A DNA stretch of 64,000 nucleotides from Chloroflexota bacterium (GTDB lineage Bacteria > Chloroflexota > Anaerolineae > Anaerolineales > Anaerolineaceae). The stretch's first letter is position 1. The number at the start of each line of letters is the position of its first letter. The notes under the pieces were generated by a model, which made no database searches, was not told where the DNA came from, and saw only the letters and a program-made list of their open reading frames with translations. Below, in pieces: positions 9,204 through 18,642 of the stretch. The stretch covers positions 61,942 to 125,941 of the forward strand of contig JAMCRR010000096.1 of assembly GCA_023381565.1 (NCBI GenBank), read 5' to 3'. Position numbers and translations under genes: made by a program.

Positions 9204-9944
9204 ATGTCTGACGAAATATATAAGAACCGCCGAATTTTGGTTGTTGACGATGAAGAGCGAATGGTACGCTTCATACGCCTGAACCTTGAGCACGATGGCT
9301 TCCTGGTTGTGGACGCCTTCACGGGTGAGCAGGCGGTCCAGCGGCTCAGGGATGCGATGCCCGACGTAATTCTCTTGGATGTTATGCTGCCAGACATCGA
9401 CGGCTTCGAAGTTCTGAAAATGATCCGCGAGATCAGTTCTGTGCCTGTGATCATGCTCACTGCCAAGGGTGAAGAAGATGACCGAGTGCATGGATTGGAG
9501 CTGGGCGCAGATGATTACATCACCAAACCGTTCAGCCCGCGCGAGCTCGTCAGCAGGATTCGGGCTGTGCTGCGCCGGGTCGAAGGGGTCGGCGGCAGCA
9601 TGAGGGGTTTGATTGAGGTCGACTATCGTTTGAAGATCGATTTCGACCGGCGGGAAATTTGGGTAGAAGGGAAACTGGTGAAACTGCGACCCACCGAGTA
9701 CCGCATGCTTTACCACCTTGTGCAAAATGCAGGCTGGGTTGTCACTCATGACCAGCTGCTGGCAAAGGTGTGGGGATATGAGTACCGTGACGAGCCGCAT
9801 TACGTACGCCTTTACATCAACTACCTGCGCCAGAAGCTGGAAGAAGACCCGGCGAATCCCAAGTATATCCTCACAGAAAGAGGAGTGGGCTACCGGTTTG
9901 TGGATTTCCGCCGCAAAGAGAAAGAGCAGGCACCTTCGGGATAG
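9204..9944 (+). CDS. OmpR/PhoB-family response regulator (no adjacent histidine kinase)
   Basis: It has a receiver domain (ILVVDDE...LLDVMLPDIDGFEV...MLTAKG) and a winged-helix output domain (LRPTEYRMLYHLV...RGVGYRF). Confidence 0.9.
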   Translation: MSDEIYKNRRILVVDDEERMVRFIRLNLEHDGFLVVDAFTGEQAVQRLRDAMPDVILLDVMLPDIDGFEVLKMIREISSVPVIMLTAKGEEDDRVHGLELGADDYITKPFSPRELVSRIRAVLRRVEGVGGSMRGLIEVDYRLKIDFDRREIWVEGKLVKLRPTEYRMLYHLVQNAGWVVTHDQLLAKVWGYEYRDEPHYVRLYINYLRQKLEEDPANPKYILTERGVGYRFVDFRRKEKEQAPSG

Positions 9945-10083
9945 TGCCGATCTGCATCCCAACATCCGAATAGATTCAATTCTAATAAACAATTAATATC
10001 CGATTTGCAAAATATTAATATTGCGCGGGTATTTTAAATTTAACGTACAAAAACATCTTCAGGACAATAAAAGGAGGATAGCT

Positions 10084-10524
10084 ATGTCCAATTTAACTCG
10101 TTGGCAACCCATTCGCGATATGATGTCACTGCGAGATGCTATGGATCATTTCTTTGATGATACCTTCAACCGTGAGCTGGGTTTCTTCGAAGGGTTCTCG
10201 TATCCGGTTATCGATATGTACCAGACAGATGAAGATGTGGTGTTGAAAGCCATGTTGCCCGGCCTTCGAGCAGACGATGTGCGCATTTCAGTAACTGGGG
10301 ATGTGCTGACCCTAAGCGGTGAAATCAAAGAAGAGCAGGAGGACACGAAAGCCACTTATCATATACGAGAACGGCGCTATGGATCCTTTACGCGCACCAT
10401 TCCGCTGCCTGCTCCGGTAGTCACCGAAAAAGCTAAAGCAGATTTCGAAAACGGGGTGCTGAAATTGACATTACCTAAGGCAGAGGAAGTCAAACCCAAA
10501 ACAATTTCGGTAAAAGCCAAATAA
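10084..10524 (+). CDS. Hsp20/alpha-crystallin small heat-shock protein
   Basis: It has an alpha-crystallin domain (PVIDMYQTDEDVVLKAMLPG...ERRYGSFTRTIPLP...ADFENGVLKLTLPK). ATG 10084 is preceded by AAGGAGGA, and the upstream TTG extension is rejected. Confidence 0.9.
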   Translation: MSNLTRWQPIRDMMSLRDAMDHFFDDTFNRELGFFEGFSYPVIDMYQTDEDVVLKAMLPGLRADDVRISVTGDVLTLSGEIKEEQEDTKATYHIRERRYGSFTRTIPLPAPVVTEKAKADFENGVLKLTLPKAEEVKPKTISVKAK

Positions 10525-10550
10525 GCATAGTGGACGGTCGATTTCACGAA

Positions 10551-10588
10551 AAGACGCTCCCGGGATAATCTCGGAGCGTCTTTTATAT
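10551..10588 (+). terminator. rho-independent terminator after hsp20
   Basis: An 11-bp perfect stem AAAGACGCTCC / GGAGCGTCTTT (10551-10561 / 10574-10584) runs into a T-rich tract (TTTTATATTT). Confidence 0.8.
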
Positions 10589-10713
10589 TTCGATCCTGTC
10601 GGATTGGCGCCGGCCCATACTGCTATCTGCTCAGCGAATACCAATCCTGTATCGAGGTGCCCTTGCTATTCAGACTACTCTAATATATACTCACTTCTGG
10701 AGGTATGGATACA

Positions 10714-11367
10714 ATGGCAAAACAACGGATACTTCTGGTGGACGATCACGAGGTTGTCCGCTTAGGCTTGAAAGCTCTACTTGAACACCTCCCCCAATTC
10801 GAGATCGTAGGCGAAGCGGGGACTGCCAAAGATGCAATCGATCAAGTAAGCCGTGTCCTGCCGGATGTGGTACTGATGGATATCCGTTTACCAGGCACAT
10901 CAGGGATTGAAGCCTGCGAGGAGATTACGCGGCGGTTTCCGGATACGCGGGTGATCATGCTGACTTCTTATGCCGAGGATGAGATGTTATTTTCAGCCAT
11001 CCGTGCAGGGGCATCTGGCTACGTACTGAAGCAAATCGGTGGGGAGGATCTGGTGCACGCCCTGGAAGCCGTCGGGAGGGGCGAAGCTTTGCTGGATCCT
11101 GCAGTCACGCAGAGAGTTTTCCAGGAAGTACGCCGTGCAGTTAAGGAAGAAGAGGCATCCGCGTTTGCCAACCTCTCCCAACAAGAAAGACACGTGCTCC
11201 TCCTGGTTTCGGAGGGGAAAACAAACCGCGAGATCGCCAAAGCTTTGTTTTTAGGAGAAGGCACGGTGCGGAACTACGTAAGCAGCATTTTGTCGAAGCT
11301 GGGAGTCAGCAACCGTGCAGAAGCCGCGGCTTACGCCGTGGAACACAACCTGAAAGAATATATCTAG
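10714..11367 (+). CDS. NarL/FixJ-family response regulator (LuxR-type HTH)
   Basis: It has a receiver domain ([14 protein letters not shown]...[12 protein letters not shown]) and a LuxR C-terminal HTH ([45 protein letters not shown]). ATG 10714 has better spacing from GGAGG than ATG 10705. Confidence 0.9.
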   Translation: MAKQRILLVDDHEVVRLGLKALLEHLPQFEIVGEAGTAKDAIDQVSRVLPDVVLMDIRLPGTSGIEACEEITRRFPDTRVIMLTSYAEDEMLFSAIRAGASGYVLKQIGGEDLVHALEAVGRGEALLDPAVTQRVFQEVRRAVKEEEASAFANLSQQERHVLLLVSEGKTNREIAKALFLGEGTVRNYVSSILSKLGVSNRAEAAAYAVEHNLKEYI

Positions 11368-12218
11368 CCTTCCGTAATTAAATTCTTCCAGATCTGAGCC
11401 AGTTTTAGGGCGTCTTCTTCCAGAACCGGGCTTTCACATAAGATCCGGCCTGAGCAATTGCGTGCCTGCAAAGCGCGAAATATCTCGGGGATCTTCAGAT
11501 CAGCATGATCGATGGCTAAGTGCTCTCGCTCGCCCTTTGCTGAATATTCGATCCCGGAGAGGTGGATATGCAGCCGCGAGAGACTCTCCTCTCCCAAGGC
11601 CTTCGCATAGACGTCCAGGGTTTGCATCCATTCGGCATAAGAGTTCATCGATCCATCGCCGGGGCGGGCATGGAGGTGGGCAAAATCCAGGCATGGTTCT
11701 ACCCCAGGTATGGCTCGAGCCATTTCCAGCGTATCCTCTAAAGACCCTAACATAGCAGATTTCCCCATGGTTTCAGGGCGCAAGACGACCAGATTTCCCG
11801 CCTGTCGCAGATCAGCCACACATGCCTCCAAACGAGGGATTGCCAGAGACAAGACTTCGGCTGGGGGCTTGCTGAAATAAGAGCCAGGATGGAAGATAAT
11901 GTCGGTTGCGCCTGCGAGATTGCCGTAATGCGCCGCGTCCATCAGCCGCTTTCTCGATTTAGGCCACTCATTGTCTTCAGCATTCAGGTTTATGAAATAA
12001 GGCGCGTGGACGGAGAGGAGCACATCTTTTTCCATTCCTGCTGCTCGAATTGCGAGGCATGTCTCCTCCGATACCCTCACGCTCTGCACCCAACCTAACT
12101 CTAATGCCTGCAAACCCAGCTCCTGGATTTGGTATACTGCACCCACACTGCCGCCGGGCTTTTTGGGAGTCGATTTGGGTGATCCAACTGTGCCAAAACG
12201 GAATGAAGCTGTATGCAT
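11364..12218 (-). CDS. xylose-isomerase-like TIM-barrel protein (AP endonuclease family 2 / endonuclease IV-like)
   Basis: The pattern FGTVGSP...[20 protein letters not shown]...[12 protein letters not shown]...FHPG...HIHLSGIEY is typical of the endonuclease-IV-like TIM-barrel family. Its stop codon overlaps the convergent regulator's stop. Confidence 0.6.
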   Translation of the reverse strand: MHTASFRFGTVGSPKSTPKKPGGSVGAVYQIQELGLQALELGWVQSVRVSEETCLAIRAAGMEKDVLLSVHAPYFINLNAEDNEWPKSRKRLMDAAHYGNLAGATDIIFHPGSYFSKPPAEVLSLAIPRLEACVADLRQAGNLVVLRPETMGKSAMLGSLEDTLEMARAIPGVEPCLDFAHLHARPGDGSMNSYAEWMQTLDVYAKALGEESLSRLHIHLSGIEYSAKGEREHLAIDHADLKIPEIFRALQARNCSGRILCESPVLEEDALKLAQIWKNLITEG

Positions 12219-12236
12219 CGTTATCCCCTTTTTCTT

Positions 12237-12626
12237 TTAAGGCAACCCGAAGAGCGGCCTCAGGCGAAGCCAGAGCGGGGGGCCTAGAAGCATGAAACCA
12301 ATGATCACTGCAGAGACCGCGGAAATTAAAACTGCTGCCGCGCCAACATCTTTGCCAACCTTTGCCAGGGGGTGGCGGTTTGGAGAAGCCAGGTCTACCA
12401 CCGCTTCGAGAGCAGAATTCAGGAACTCTGCCGTCCATACGGTGGCAATCGTCAAAATCAATACAGCCCAATCTCGGACGGAAAGACGCAACCACCCAGC
12501 CAGCACCATTACCGAGATGGAGGCCACAGCATGGATCCATGCATTGCGTTGAGTGCGGATGACGTACCACCAACCAGAGAATGCATTCTGGAAAGATCGC
12601 GCACGAGAAGAAAAGAAGGTATGCAT
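12237..12626 (-). CDS. dgkA: diacylglycerol/undecaprenol kinase family (DgkA)
   Basis: It has the prokaryotic DAGK signature (FQNAFSGWWYVIRTQRNAWIH...TAEFLNSALEAVVDL...AKVGKDVGAAAVL). The internal ATG at 12626 fits the end of ybeY, and the upstream extension is rejected. Confidence 0.8.
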   Translation of the reverse strand: MHTFFSSRARSFQNAFSGWWYVIRTQRNAWIHAVASISVMVLAGWLRLSVRDWAVLILTIATVWTAEFLNSALEAVVDLASPNRHPLAKVGKDVGAAAVLISAVSAVIIGFMLLGPPLWLRLRPLFGLP

Positions 12627-12640
12627 CGGGGGAAAAGGGT

Positions 12641-13096
12641 TTAATCGGGTGGTGAAGTAATCGGGCTGCCAATTACAGCAAGTATTCTCGATTGTACGGT
12701 CCACATATCGACTTTTCGCGTGTCAGTATCGTGGTCGTATCCGAGAAGATGCAAAACGCCATGGACGACGAGCAGATCGAGCTCCGCGGAAACCGGATGA
12801 CCTGTAACCTGTGCCTGCTCTTGTGCGCGAGGGAATGAGATCAAGATATCGCCCAGGTACAGGTTGCCGCTGTCCGGATCCACTTCTCCTGAAGGAAAAG
12901 AAAGGACATCAGTAGGGCTATCCTTGCCGAGGAACTCCTTGTTCAGACGCCGCAGCTCATCATCCCCACTGACGACGATGGTCAGTTCAGCGGATGGGGA
13001 AACCGACTGATCGTTGAGAACTGCCTGTGCTGCCAATTTCAACCTTCCCGATTGAAGCTGGATGCGAAATGCGTCTTCGACCTGGATTCCGATCAT
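12641..13096 (-). CDS. ybeY: rRNA maturation endoribonuclease YbeY
   Basis: It has the zinc motif HGVLHLLGYDH and is ~150 aa long. The start at 13096 gives an ATGA overlap with the upstream 7TM-HD gene. Confidence 0.9.
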   Translation of the reverse strand: MIGIQVEDAFRIQLQSGRLKLAAQAVLNDQSVSPSAELTIVVSGDDELRRLNKEFLGKDSPTDVLSFPSGEVDPDSGNLYLGDILISFPRAQEQAQVTGHPVSAELDLLVVHGVLHLLGYDHDTDTRKVDMWTVQSRILAVIGSPITSPPD

Positions 13097-15270
13097 GACT
13101 GCTCGGAGGAAGGCGGAACCTGCGAGGGCAAAATAGGCGTCTCCAAAGAGATATTTTCGGGTGAGGACACATCTAATTTCTCGGCGCCATGAGATAACTC
13201 TGGATAGTTGATACGCTGGTGGTAGATGCCCTGTAATGTGGCGGCAAACGATTCTGCAGTCAGGCTGATATCTCGTAAGGTTAAACAAGTATCGTCTAGC
13301 TGCCCTTCCTGCAGGCAGCGGTCAAACACACATTTAATCAGGTTGTGCAACTCGGTTTCGTCTTTCGGGAGTTCCGCCCGCGCGCGTGCTTCGCAGCTAT
13401 CAGCCAGCATTAACAAAGCGGTTTCGCGCGATTGCGGTCGCGGCCCTGGATAGCGGAAATGCTCGGGGTTGACCAGCTCAGGATGATTTCCAGCAGCTTC
13501 AAGAGCTCGCGTATATTGGTAGCGAGTCAGCATCGTGCCGTGATGCTCGGAAATAAAGTCACGGATGCGTGGCGGCAAGCGATATTTTTTCGCCAGCACG
13601 AGACCATCGATGACATGATGGATGATCGTTGCCGAGCTCAAGGAAGGATCCATGTCATCGTGAGGGTTCAGCTTACCGGGAACCTGGTTTTCGATGAAGA
13701 ATTGGGGGTTCGCGGCTTTCCCTGCGTCGTGATACAGAGCGCCAACACGGGTCAGCATAGCATCGGCGTGGATGTGTTCGGCGGCCTGCTCCGCCAGGTT
13801 TGCCACCTGCAGGCTGTGCTGGTAAGTTCCAGGCGCATTACGCAGGATATATTGCATTAAGGGGTGATCTGGGCGAGAAATTTCGAGTAGCTGTAAAGCG
13901 GTGGTGAGTCCCAGCAATTGGGAGAATAAATACTGTAATAGCAGAGCCAGGCTGGCGGAGGCCAAACCATTAAAGAACGCTGCCCCGATCAGCGTCACTA
14001 ACCCGATCCAATCGGTGGCAGAGTCTGGCAAACGGTAGGCAAGGATCACTGCCGCTCCGGCTGCGCCGGCAGCCATTCCAGCCCAGAAAAAGTTAGCCAC
14101 CCGGTGCGCCCGGTTGAGGATTAAGATGCCGCACAGACTGCTCAAGGTGTAATAGAACGTCAGGTCCAGGTTGCTGGAGAGGCCGTAAGCTGCCAGGAGG
14201 CTTAAGATCAGCGAAAAAACCAGGCCGATTTCGAGATTATAAACAGCTGCGATCGTCAACCCAAAGGCAGCCAGCGGGTAGAGGTAGGGCAATACGGTGC
14301 GGTTAGGGATAATCAGCCGGGCGCCGAAGAGGAAGATCAGGAACACCAGGGCGATCAATACCAGGCTGCGCAGGTCGAGAAGGAGATTCGGCCGGAATCG
14401 ATAAAAATACAAGCCCAAAAAACTGGCGGAAATGATAACCAGGGCAACTGCCGCAATGATGTCCAGGTTGTGGTTTTGCGGCCGAACGAGATTAAATTGG
14501 CTGAGAGCTTCCCAGCTTGCCGGCGTGATCACCTGCCCTCTCAGCACGACCGTCTCGCCAGCCATGTACGAGCGCATGATGGGTAAGACCGCATCTCGCT
14601 TCGTCTGTCGAGCGGCCTCGGTCTGTTCAGGGCTGTACGGGCTGTTGGGGACAACAAACCCAGAGACCAGGTCGGAAACGATCGAAGCCTGTTCCTCGGA
14701 CATTGAAAAGCTGATTAAAGTTGGAATGCTGCGCAGGGTATCGTTCAGGCGATCTTGCCGGATGGTGTTGCGCATCATTTGTTCGAGCACGTTCATCGCC
14801 TCTTGCTGCACAGCTTCCCAACGGCTGTCGTTGAGGGAAAGAATCCGGCTTATCGTGTCTGTTTGCAGCTTGATAGAGGAAATTTGCTGAAGATCGTTTG
14901 CTTTTTGTTGGGGCGATCCGAACGTATCCGCGCGCACCGCCGTGATGTAATTGATGGCGACCTTCATATTCTCGACCTGACGGCGCGCAATACTTGGGTC
15001 TGCAGGCAGATAAACTGGGGCGACGGAATTTGCGGCATCCTCACGAGCCTGCTCGGTTAATACCTGGCTCTCATACGTGATCGCTTTGGGCGCGGGGATA
15101 TCTTGAGGGGCTACATCGCCGATTTTAAGGGGAAAAGTGGTTGGGCGGAGGGCGAGTGGATAGATGATTGCCACCGCCGCCAGACCACTGGAGACGAACA
15201 AGATCACAAAACTCAAAAGAGCCTGGTGGGGAAACCTGAGCCTGCGGTTGGCAAAATATTGAGCGAACAT
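13093..15270 (-). CDS. pgpH: 7TM receptor with intracellular HD/HDIG phosphohydrolase domain (YqfF/PgpH-like)
   Basis: It has a large extracytoplasmic N-terminal domain, about 7 TM helices and a C-terminal HD domain (HSLQVANLAE...ALYHDAGK...SEHHGT). It sits in the conserved position upstream of ybeY-dgkA. Confidence 0.8.
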   Translation of the reverse strand: MFAQYFANRRLRFPHQALLSFVILFVSSGLAAVAIIYPLALRPTTFPLKIGDVAPQDIPAPKAITYESQVLTEQAREDAANSVAPVYLPADPSIARRQVENMKVAINYITAVRADTFGSPQQKANDLQQISSIKLQTDTISRILSLNDSRWEAVQQEAMNVLEQMMRNTIRQDRLNDTLRSIPTLISFSMSEEQASIVSDLVSGFVVPNSPYSPEQTEAARQTKRDAVLPIMRSYMAGETVVLRGQVITPASWEALSQFNLVRPQNHNLDIIAAVALVIISASFLGLYFYRFRPNLLLDLRSLVLIALVFLIFLFGARLIIPNRTVLPYLYPLAAFGLTIAAVYNLEIGLVFSLILSLLAAYGLSSNLDLTFYYTLSSLCGILILNRAHRVANFFWAGMAAGAAGAAVILAYRLPDSATDWIGLVTLIGAAFFNGLASASLALLLQYLFSQLLGLTTALQLLEISRPDHPLMQYILRNAPGTYQHSLQVANLAEQAAEHIHADAMLTRVGALYHDAGKAANPQFFIENQVPGKLNPHDDMDPSLSSATIIHHVIDGLVLAKKYRLPPRIRDFISEHHGTMLTRYQYTRALEAAGNHPELVNPEHFRYPGPRPQSRETALLMLADSCEARARAELPKDETELHNLIKCVFDRCLQEGQLDDTCLTLRDISLTAESFAATLQGIYHQRINYPELSHGAEKLDVSSPENISLETPILPSQVPPSSEQS

Positions 15271-15273
15271 CGA

Positions 15274-15723
15274 TCAGCTCTTTTGGAGCATCTGTCTTAC
15301 GACCTGGCTGACCTGGTCTCCGGGAGCTTTTCCCTGAACGCGAGGCATTAGTGCTTTCATGACTTTGCCCATATCGGCAGGACTGACAGCGCCAACCTCG
15401 GCAACCACACTCTGGACCAGTGATTGCAGCTCGGCAGGCGTCAGTTGTTGCGGAAGATACGACTCCAGAACGGTGATTTCTGCTTCATTATCTTCGATCA
15501 GATCCTGGCGAGAAGCGATTTTTGCCTCATCGATCGCCTCACGACGGATCTTGATTTCTTTCTGGATAATCGAAAGGGTAGCAGTCTCATCGAGAGAACC
15601 GCCATTATCGATCTCAGCCAGCTTAATACTCGCCAGGGCCATGCGGATGGTCCGTTTGCTGACTTCGTCTTTGGAGCGCAAAGCATCTTTGAGGGCGTTC
15701 TCCAGCCGGGATTTCGTTTCCAT
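15274..15723 (-). CDS. yqeY: GatB/YqeY domain protein
   Basis: The sequence LENALKDALRSKDEVSKRTIRMALASIKLAEID...GKAPGDQVSQVV matches the YqeY family. Confidence 0.8.
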   Translation of the reverse strand: METKSRLENALKDALRSKDEVSKRTIRMALASIKLAEIDNGGSLDETATLSIIQKEIKIRREAIDEAKIASRQDLIEDNEAEITVLESYLPQQLTPAELQSLVQSVVAEVGAVSPADMGKVMKALMPRVQGKAPGDQVSQVVRQMLQKS

Positions 15724-15749
15724 AGATATGATTATACTGCGTATAGGGT

Positions 15750-16337
15750 TCAATTAATCAGACCGACTGTGATCAGGGCTTTGATCTTCTCGAAAGTTGC
15801 CGGTCCGATTCCGGAAACCGATTGGATTTCTTCAATCGTGGTAAAGAGTCCCTGGTTTTCACGATATTTGATGATATCCAATGCTTTTTGTGGGCCTATC
15901 CCTGGTAAAGCGTCGAGCTCTTCCTGTGAAGCCTGATTGATATTGATCGGGAATTCCACAATTGGCGTAGGTAAGACGACAGATTCCATCCGGGTAGGGT
16001 CCTCGCTCAGACCAGACGGCTGTGTGGCCAAAATGGAAGGGAGATTAATTTTCATTCCATCTTGTAAAGGAGCGGCAAGGTTAATTGACTGCCCGTCTGT
16101 GTTCGAAAGGACGCCCCCAGCTGCCAGAACAGCATCTTCGACCCGGCTGCCTCGAGGAAGGTGATATACCCCAGGGTTGGCGACTGCCCCGGACACCTGA
16201 ACAATGAGCGCCCCGGGGGTGGGTGCAGGGGTTAATAGGATCGCGCTGCCATGCGGTTGGCTGGAGATGAGCAAGATCAGTCCGGCAGCGATTAACCCAA
16301 TGAGAACGCCATAGGCGAGCAGCAGCCAGGTTTTCAC
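15750..16337 (-). CDS. comEA: ComEA-family DNA-binding protein (helix-hairpin-helix)
   Basis: It has an N-terminal TM helix (VKTWLLLAYGVLIGLIAAGLILLI), an SLBB-like middle region and C-terminal HhH repeats (ININQASQEELDALPGIGPQKA...SGIGPATFEKI). GTG 16337 is preceded by GAGGA. The 150-aa N-terminal extension in the ORF track overlaps the DUF1385 gene and is rejected. Confidence 0.8.
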   Translation of the reverse strand: MKTWLLLAYGVLIGLIAAGLILLISSQPHGSAILLTPAPTPGALIVQVSGAVANPGVYHLPRGSRVEDAVLAAGGVLSNTDGQSINLAAPLQDGMKINLPSILATQPSGLSEDPTRMESVVLPTPIVEFPININQASQEELDALPGIGPQKALDIIKYRENQGLFTTIEEIQSVSGIGPATFEKIKALITVGLIN

Positions 16338-16360
16338 AGGATTTCCTCGATGATACGGTA

Positions 16361-17230
16361 CTATGACTCCTGAGCGATCATGGTGTTGAATGCAGTGATA
16401 GCAACCTCTATCATTTCCAGGGTTGGCTCGCGGGTGGTCAGGTGTTGCAGCGCCAGGTTTGGTCGCACGATGAGCCTGACGATCGGCGATTTCAGGTGAT
16501 CTGCTGTCCAACGAATGAACTCGTAAGCCAGCCCTGCCAGTACGGGGAGCAATACAATCCGATACAGCATGCCAATCCCGAGAGGCAGAGGACCCAACAA
16601 GGAGAAGATTACGATCGAGATCAAAATCAATGTCAGCAAGAAAGCCGTACCGCAGCGCGGGTGTTCGACTGAGTACCGGGCTACATTTGCAGGGAAAAGC
16701 TCTACTCCGGCTTCGTAGGCGTTGATGGTCTTGTGTTCGGCTCCATGATAGGCAAATACACGCGCCAGGTCTGGCATTTTCCCTACCCCCCAAATATAGC
16801 CCACGAGGAGAGCCAGCCGGATAACGCCTTCCAGGAGGTTAGTAATCCAATGATTCCAGCTAAACAAGCGCCCAGCGAGCTGACCGAGACCTGCCGGCAG
16901 TAGAATAAACAACCCCACACCCAAGACTAAAGATACGCTAAGCGTAATATACAGCATCGGCCCTTCCAGCTTTTCGTCTTCACCGGTTTGGGTATTGGCA
17001 GAGATGGTCAGGAACCGGATGCCCAGGCCGAGGGTATCCCATAAGATCACAAGACCGCGCAAGAAAGGAATTTTTGCCAGGCTGCTCTGGTAAATCCCAC
17101 CTAAAGACTCAGTATAGACCTGGATCTTTCCATCAGGGGCGCGCATGGCCATGGCGACAGAACGCTTACCGCGCATCATCACGCCTTCAATCACCGCCTG
17201 CCCCCCGTAGTTGGGTAGTTTTTCGCTCAT
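16361..17230 (-). CDS. DUF1385 family membrane protein
   Basis: It has the N-terminal signature YGGQAVIEGVMMRG, plus AYHGAEHK and several TM helices. Confidence 0.75.
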   Translation of the reverse strand: MSEKLPNYGGQAVIEGVMMRGKRSVAMAMRAPDGKIQVYTESLGGIYQSSLAKIPFLRGLVILWDTLGLGIRFLTISANTQTGEDEKLEGPMLYITLSVSLVLGVGLFILLPAGLGQLAGRLFSWNHWITNLLEGVIRLALLVGYIWGVGKMPDLARVFAYHGAEHKTINAYEAGVELFPANVARYSVEHPRCGTAFLLTLILISIVIFSLLGPLPLGIGMLYRIVLLPVLAGLAYEFIRWTADHLKSPIVRLIVRPNLALQHLTTREPTLEMIEVAITAFNTMIAQES

Positions 17231-18642
17231 AGGTTGCTACGCTCTGAAACGTGAGGAAAAGGATACGTCTCGGCGATATTATAAAAGAAGTGGATCAGAG
17301 CGTCGATACCACGACTCCAGGTAGGTAGGTGGAGCTTTTCGTTAGGGCCGTGGACATTATCGTCGGGGAGGCCGAAGCCGGTCAGAACGGAATCGATCCC
17401 CAGTATTTTTTTCATCTGCACGACGACCGGAATGCTGCCTCCTTCTCGTTTGAATAGTGGTGGCTTTCCCCAGACAGATTCGATTGCCCGGCTCAGAGCG
17501 ACCACCCCAGGTGTATCGCGTGGCGTCAACGAAGCGGGCCCTCCTGCCATGGATTTCAATTCCCACCGTATGGTGGAGGGGGCACGCTCGATCAAATACT
17601 GCCGGAGCTGGCGCTCAACATCCTGAGGATCTTGTTCGGGAACAAGGCGCATGGAAATCTTCGCCATTGCCCAGGCAGGGATGATGGTCTTAGATCCGGA
17701 GCCGGTGAAACCCGATTCCATGCCGTTGATCTCCAAGGTAGGGCGTGCGCCGGTCCTTTCTACCGGTGTATAGCTCTTCTCCCCCCACAAGGCAGGTACC
17801 CCTGTCTGGTGAATGTAGAAATCATTATCTATGGGGAGCCGGGAAAGCGCCTCTTTTTCTTCGGCGCTGAGCAGTTTCACTTTATCGTAATAACCTGGTA
17901 AGGCAATGCTTCCGTCGGCGTTGTGCATCCCGGCGATCAACTCACTAAGCGCTTGAGCAGGATTATGAATGACGCCCCCGTACATCCCCGAGTGCAGATC
18001 CTGCGTAGGGCCAAAGACGCGCAATTCAAAATAGGCCAGCCCGCGCAAGGCGTATACGATCGACGGGGTATCTGGTGCAATCATGCCCGCATCCGGATTC
18101 AAAGCAAGATCGGTTTTTAGCAGGTGTTTATTCTCTGTGATCACCTGTTCGAGGCTGGGAGAGCCGATCTCTTCTTCCCCTTCGAACAAGAATTTCAGGT
18201 TAACCGGCAGGCCTCCGTTCCTGGAGACCGATTCGACGGCATCGAGGGTGGCCATGATCTGGCCTTTCATGTCTGAGGAGCCGCGCCCGTACAGGTTATC
18301 GCCGCGCTGCTCGGGATTAAATGGGTCACTTTGCCATAAATTGAGAGGTTCCGCGGGTTGAACGTCGTAATGCCCGTAGATCAGGACGACCGGAGCGGCA
18401 GGACCGGCAGAGAGCTGCTCTGCATAAACGACTGGATGGCCGCCGGTCCGAATGATGCGCGAATTAACAATCCCGATCCTGTGCAGCTGCTCAGAAAGCC
18501 ATCGAGTGGCCCGGTCCATATCCCCTGTGTGGTTTGGATCGGTGGAGACGGACGGTATCTGGATGAATTCTTTAAGATGTTGGATAAATTGGGCTGGGTT
18601 TTGATGTGCGTAATGAATTGCATCAGCATGGTCAGAAGACAT
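17227..18642 (-). CDS. M20-family dipeptidase/metallohydrolase
   Basis: M20 motifs are present (LIYGHYDVQP, RGSSDMKG, FEGEEEIGS, with the dimerisation domain inserted). ATG 18642 is preferred over TTG 18663. Confidence 0.8.
   Translation of the reverse strand: MSSDHADAIHYAHQNPAQFIQHLKEFIQIPSVSTDPNHTGDMDRATRWLSEQLHRIGIVNSRIIRTGGHPVVYAEQLSAGPAAPVVLIYGHYDVQPAEPLNLWQSDPFNPEQRGDNLYGRGSSDMKGQIMATLDAVESVSRNGGLPVNLKFLFEGEEEIGSPSLEQVITENKHLLKTDLALNPDAGMIAPDTPSIVYALRGLAYFELRVFGPTQDLHSGMYGGVIHNPAQALSELIAGMHNADGSIALPGYYDKVKLLSAEEKEALSRLPIDNDFYIHQTGVPALWGEKSYTPVERTGARPTLEINGMESGFTGSGSKTIIPAWAMAKISMRLVPEQDPQDVERQLRQYLIERAPSTIRWELKSMAGGPASLTPRDTPGVVALSRAIESVWGKPPLFKREGGSIPVVVQMKKILGIDSVLTGFGLPDDNVHGPNEKLHLPTWSRGIDALIHFFYNIAETYPFPHVSERSNL

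Noticed and set aside
9153-9992. A 279-aa minus-strand ORF lies antisense to the OmpR-family regulator.
   Set aside because: It fully overlaps a gene with clear receiver and winged-helix motifs on the plus strand. Its translation is Arg/Ser/Cys/His-rich with no motif, so it is a typical shadow ORF in GC-rich coding DNA.
11977-12672. A 231-aa minus-strand ORF spans the TIM-barrel and dgkA genes in another frame.
   Set aside because: It overlaps two same-strand genes that have clear family signatures. It has no motif and a shadow-frame composition.
16338-16793. The ORF track gives comEA a 150-aa N-terminal extension (start at 16793).
   Set aside because: The extension overlaps the 3' part of the DUF1385 gene and is Arg/Ser/Pro-rich. 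GTG 16337, with an upstream GAGGA, begins exactly at the expected ComEA signal-anchor helix.
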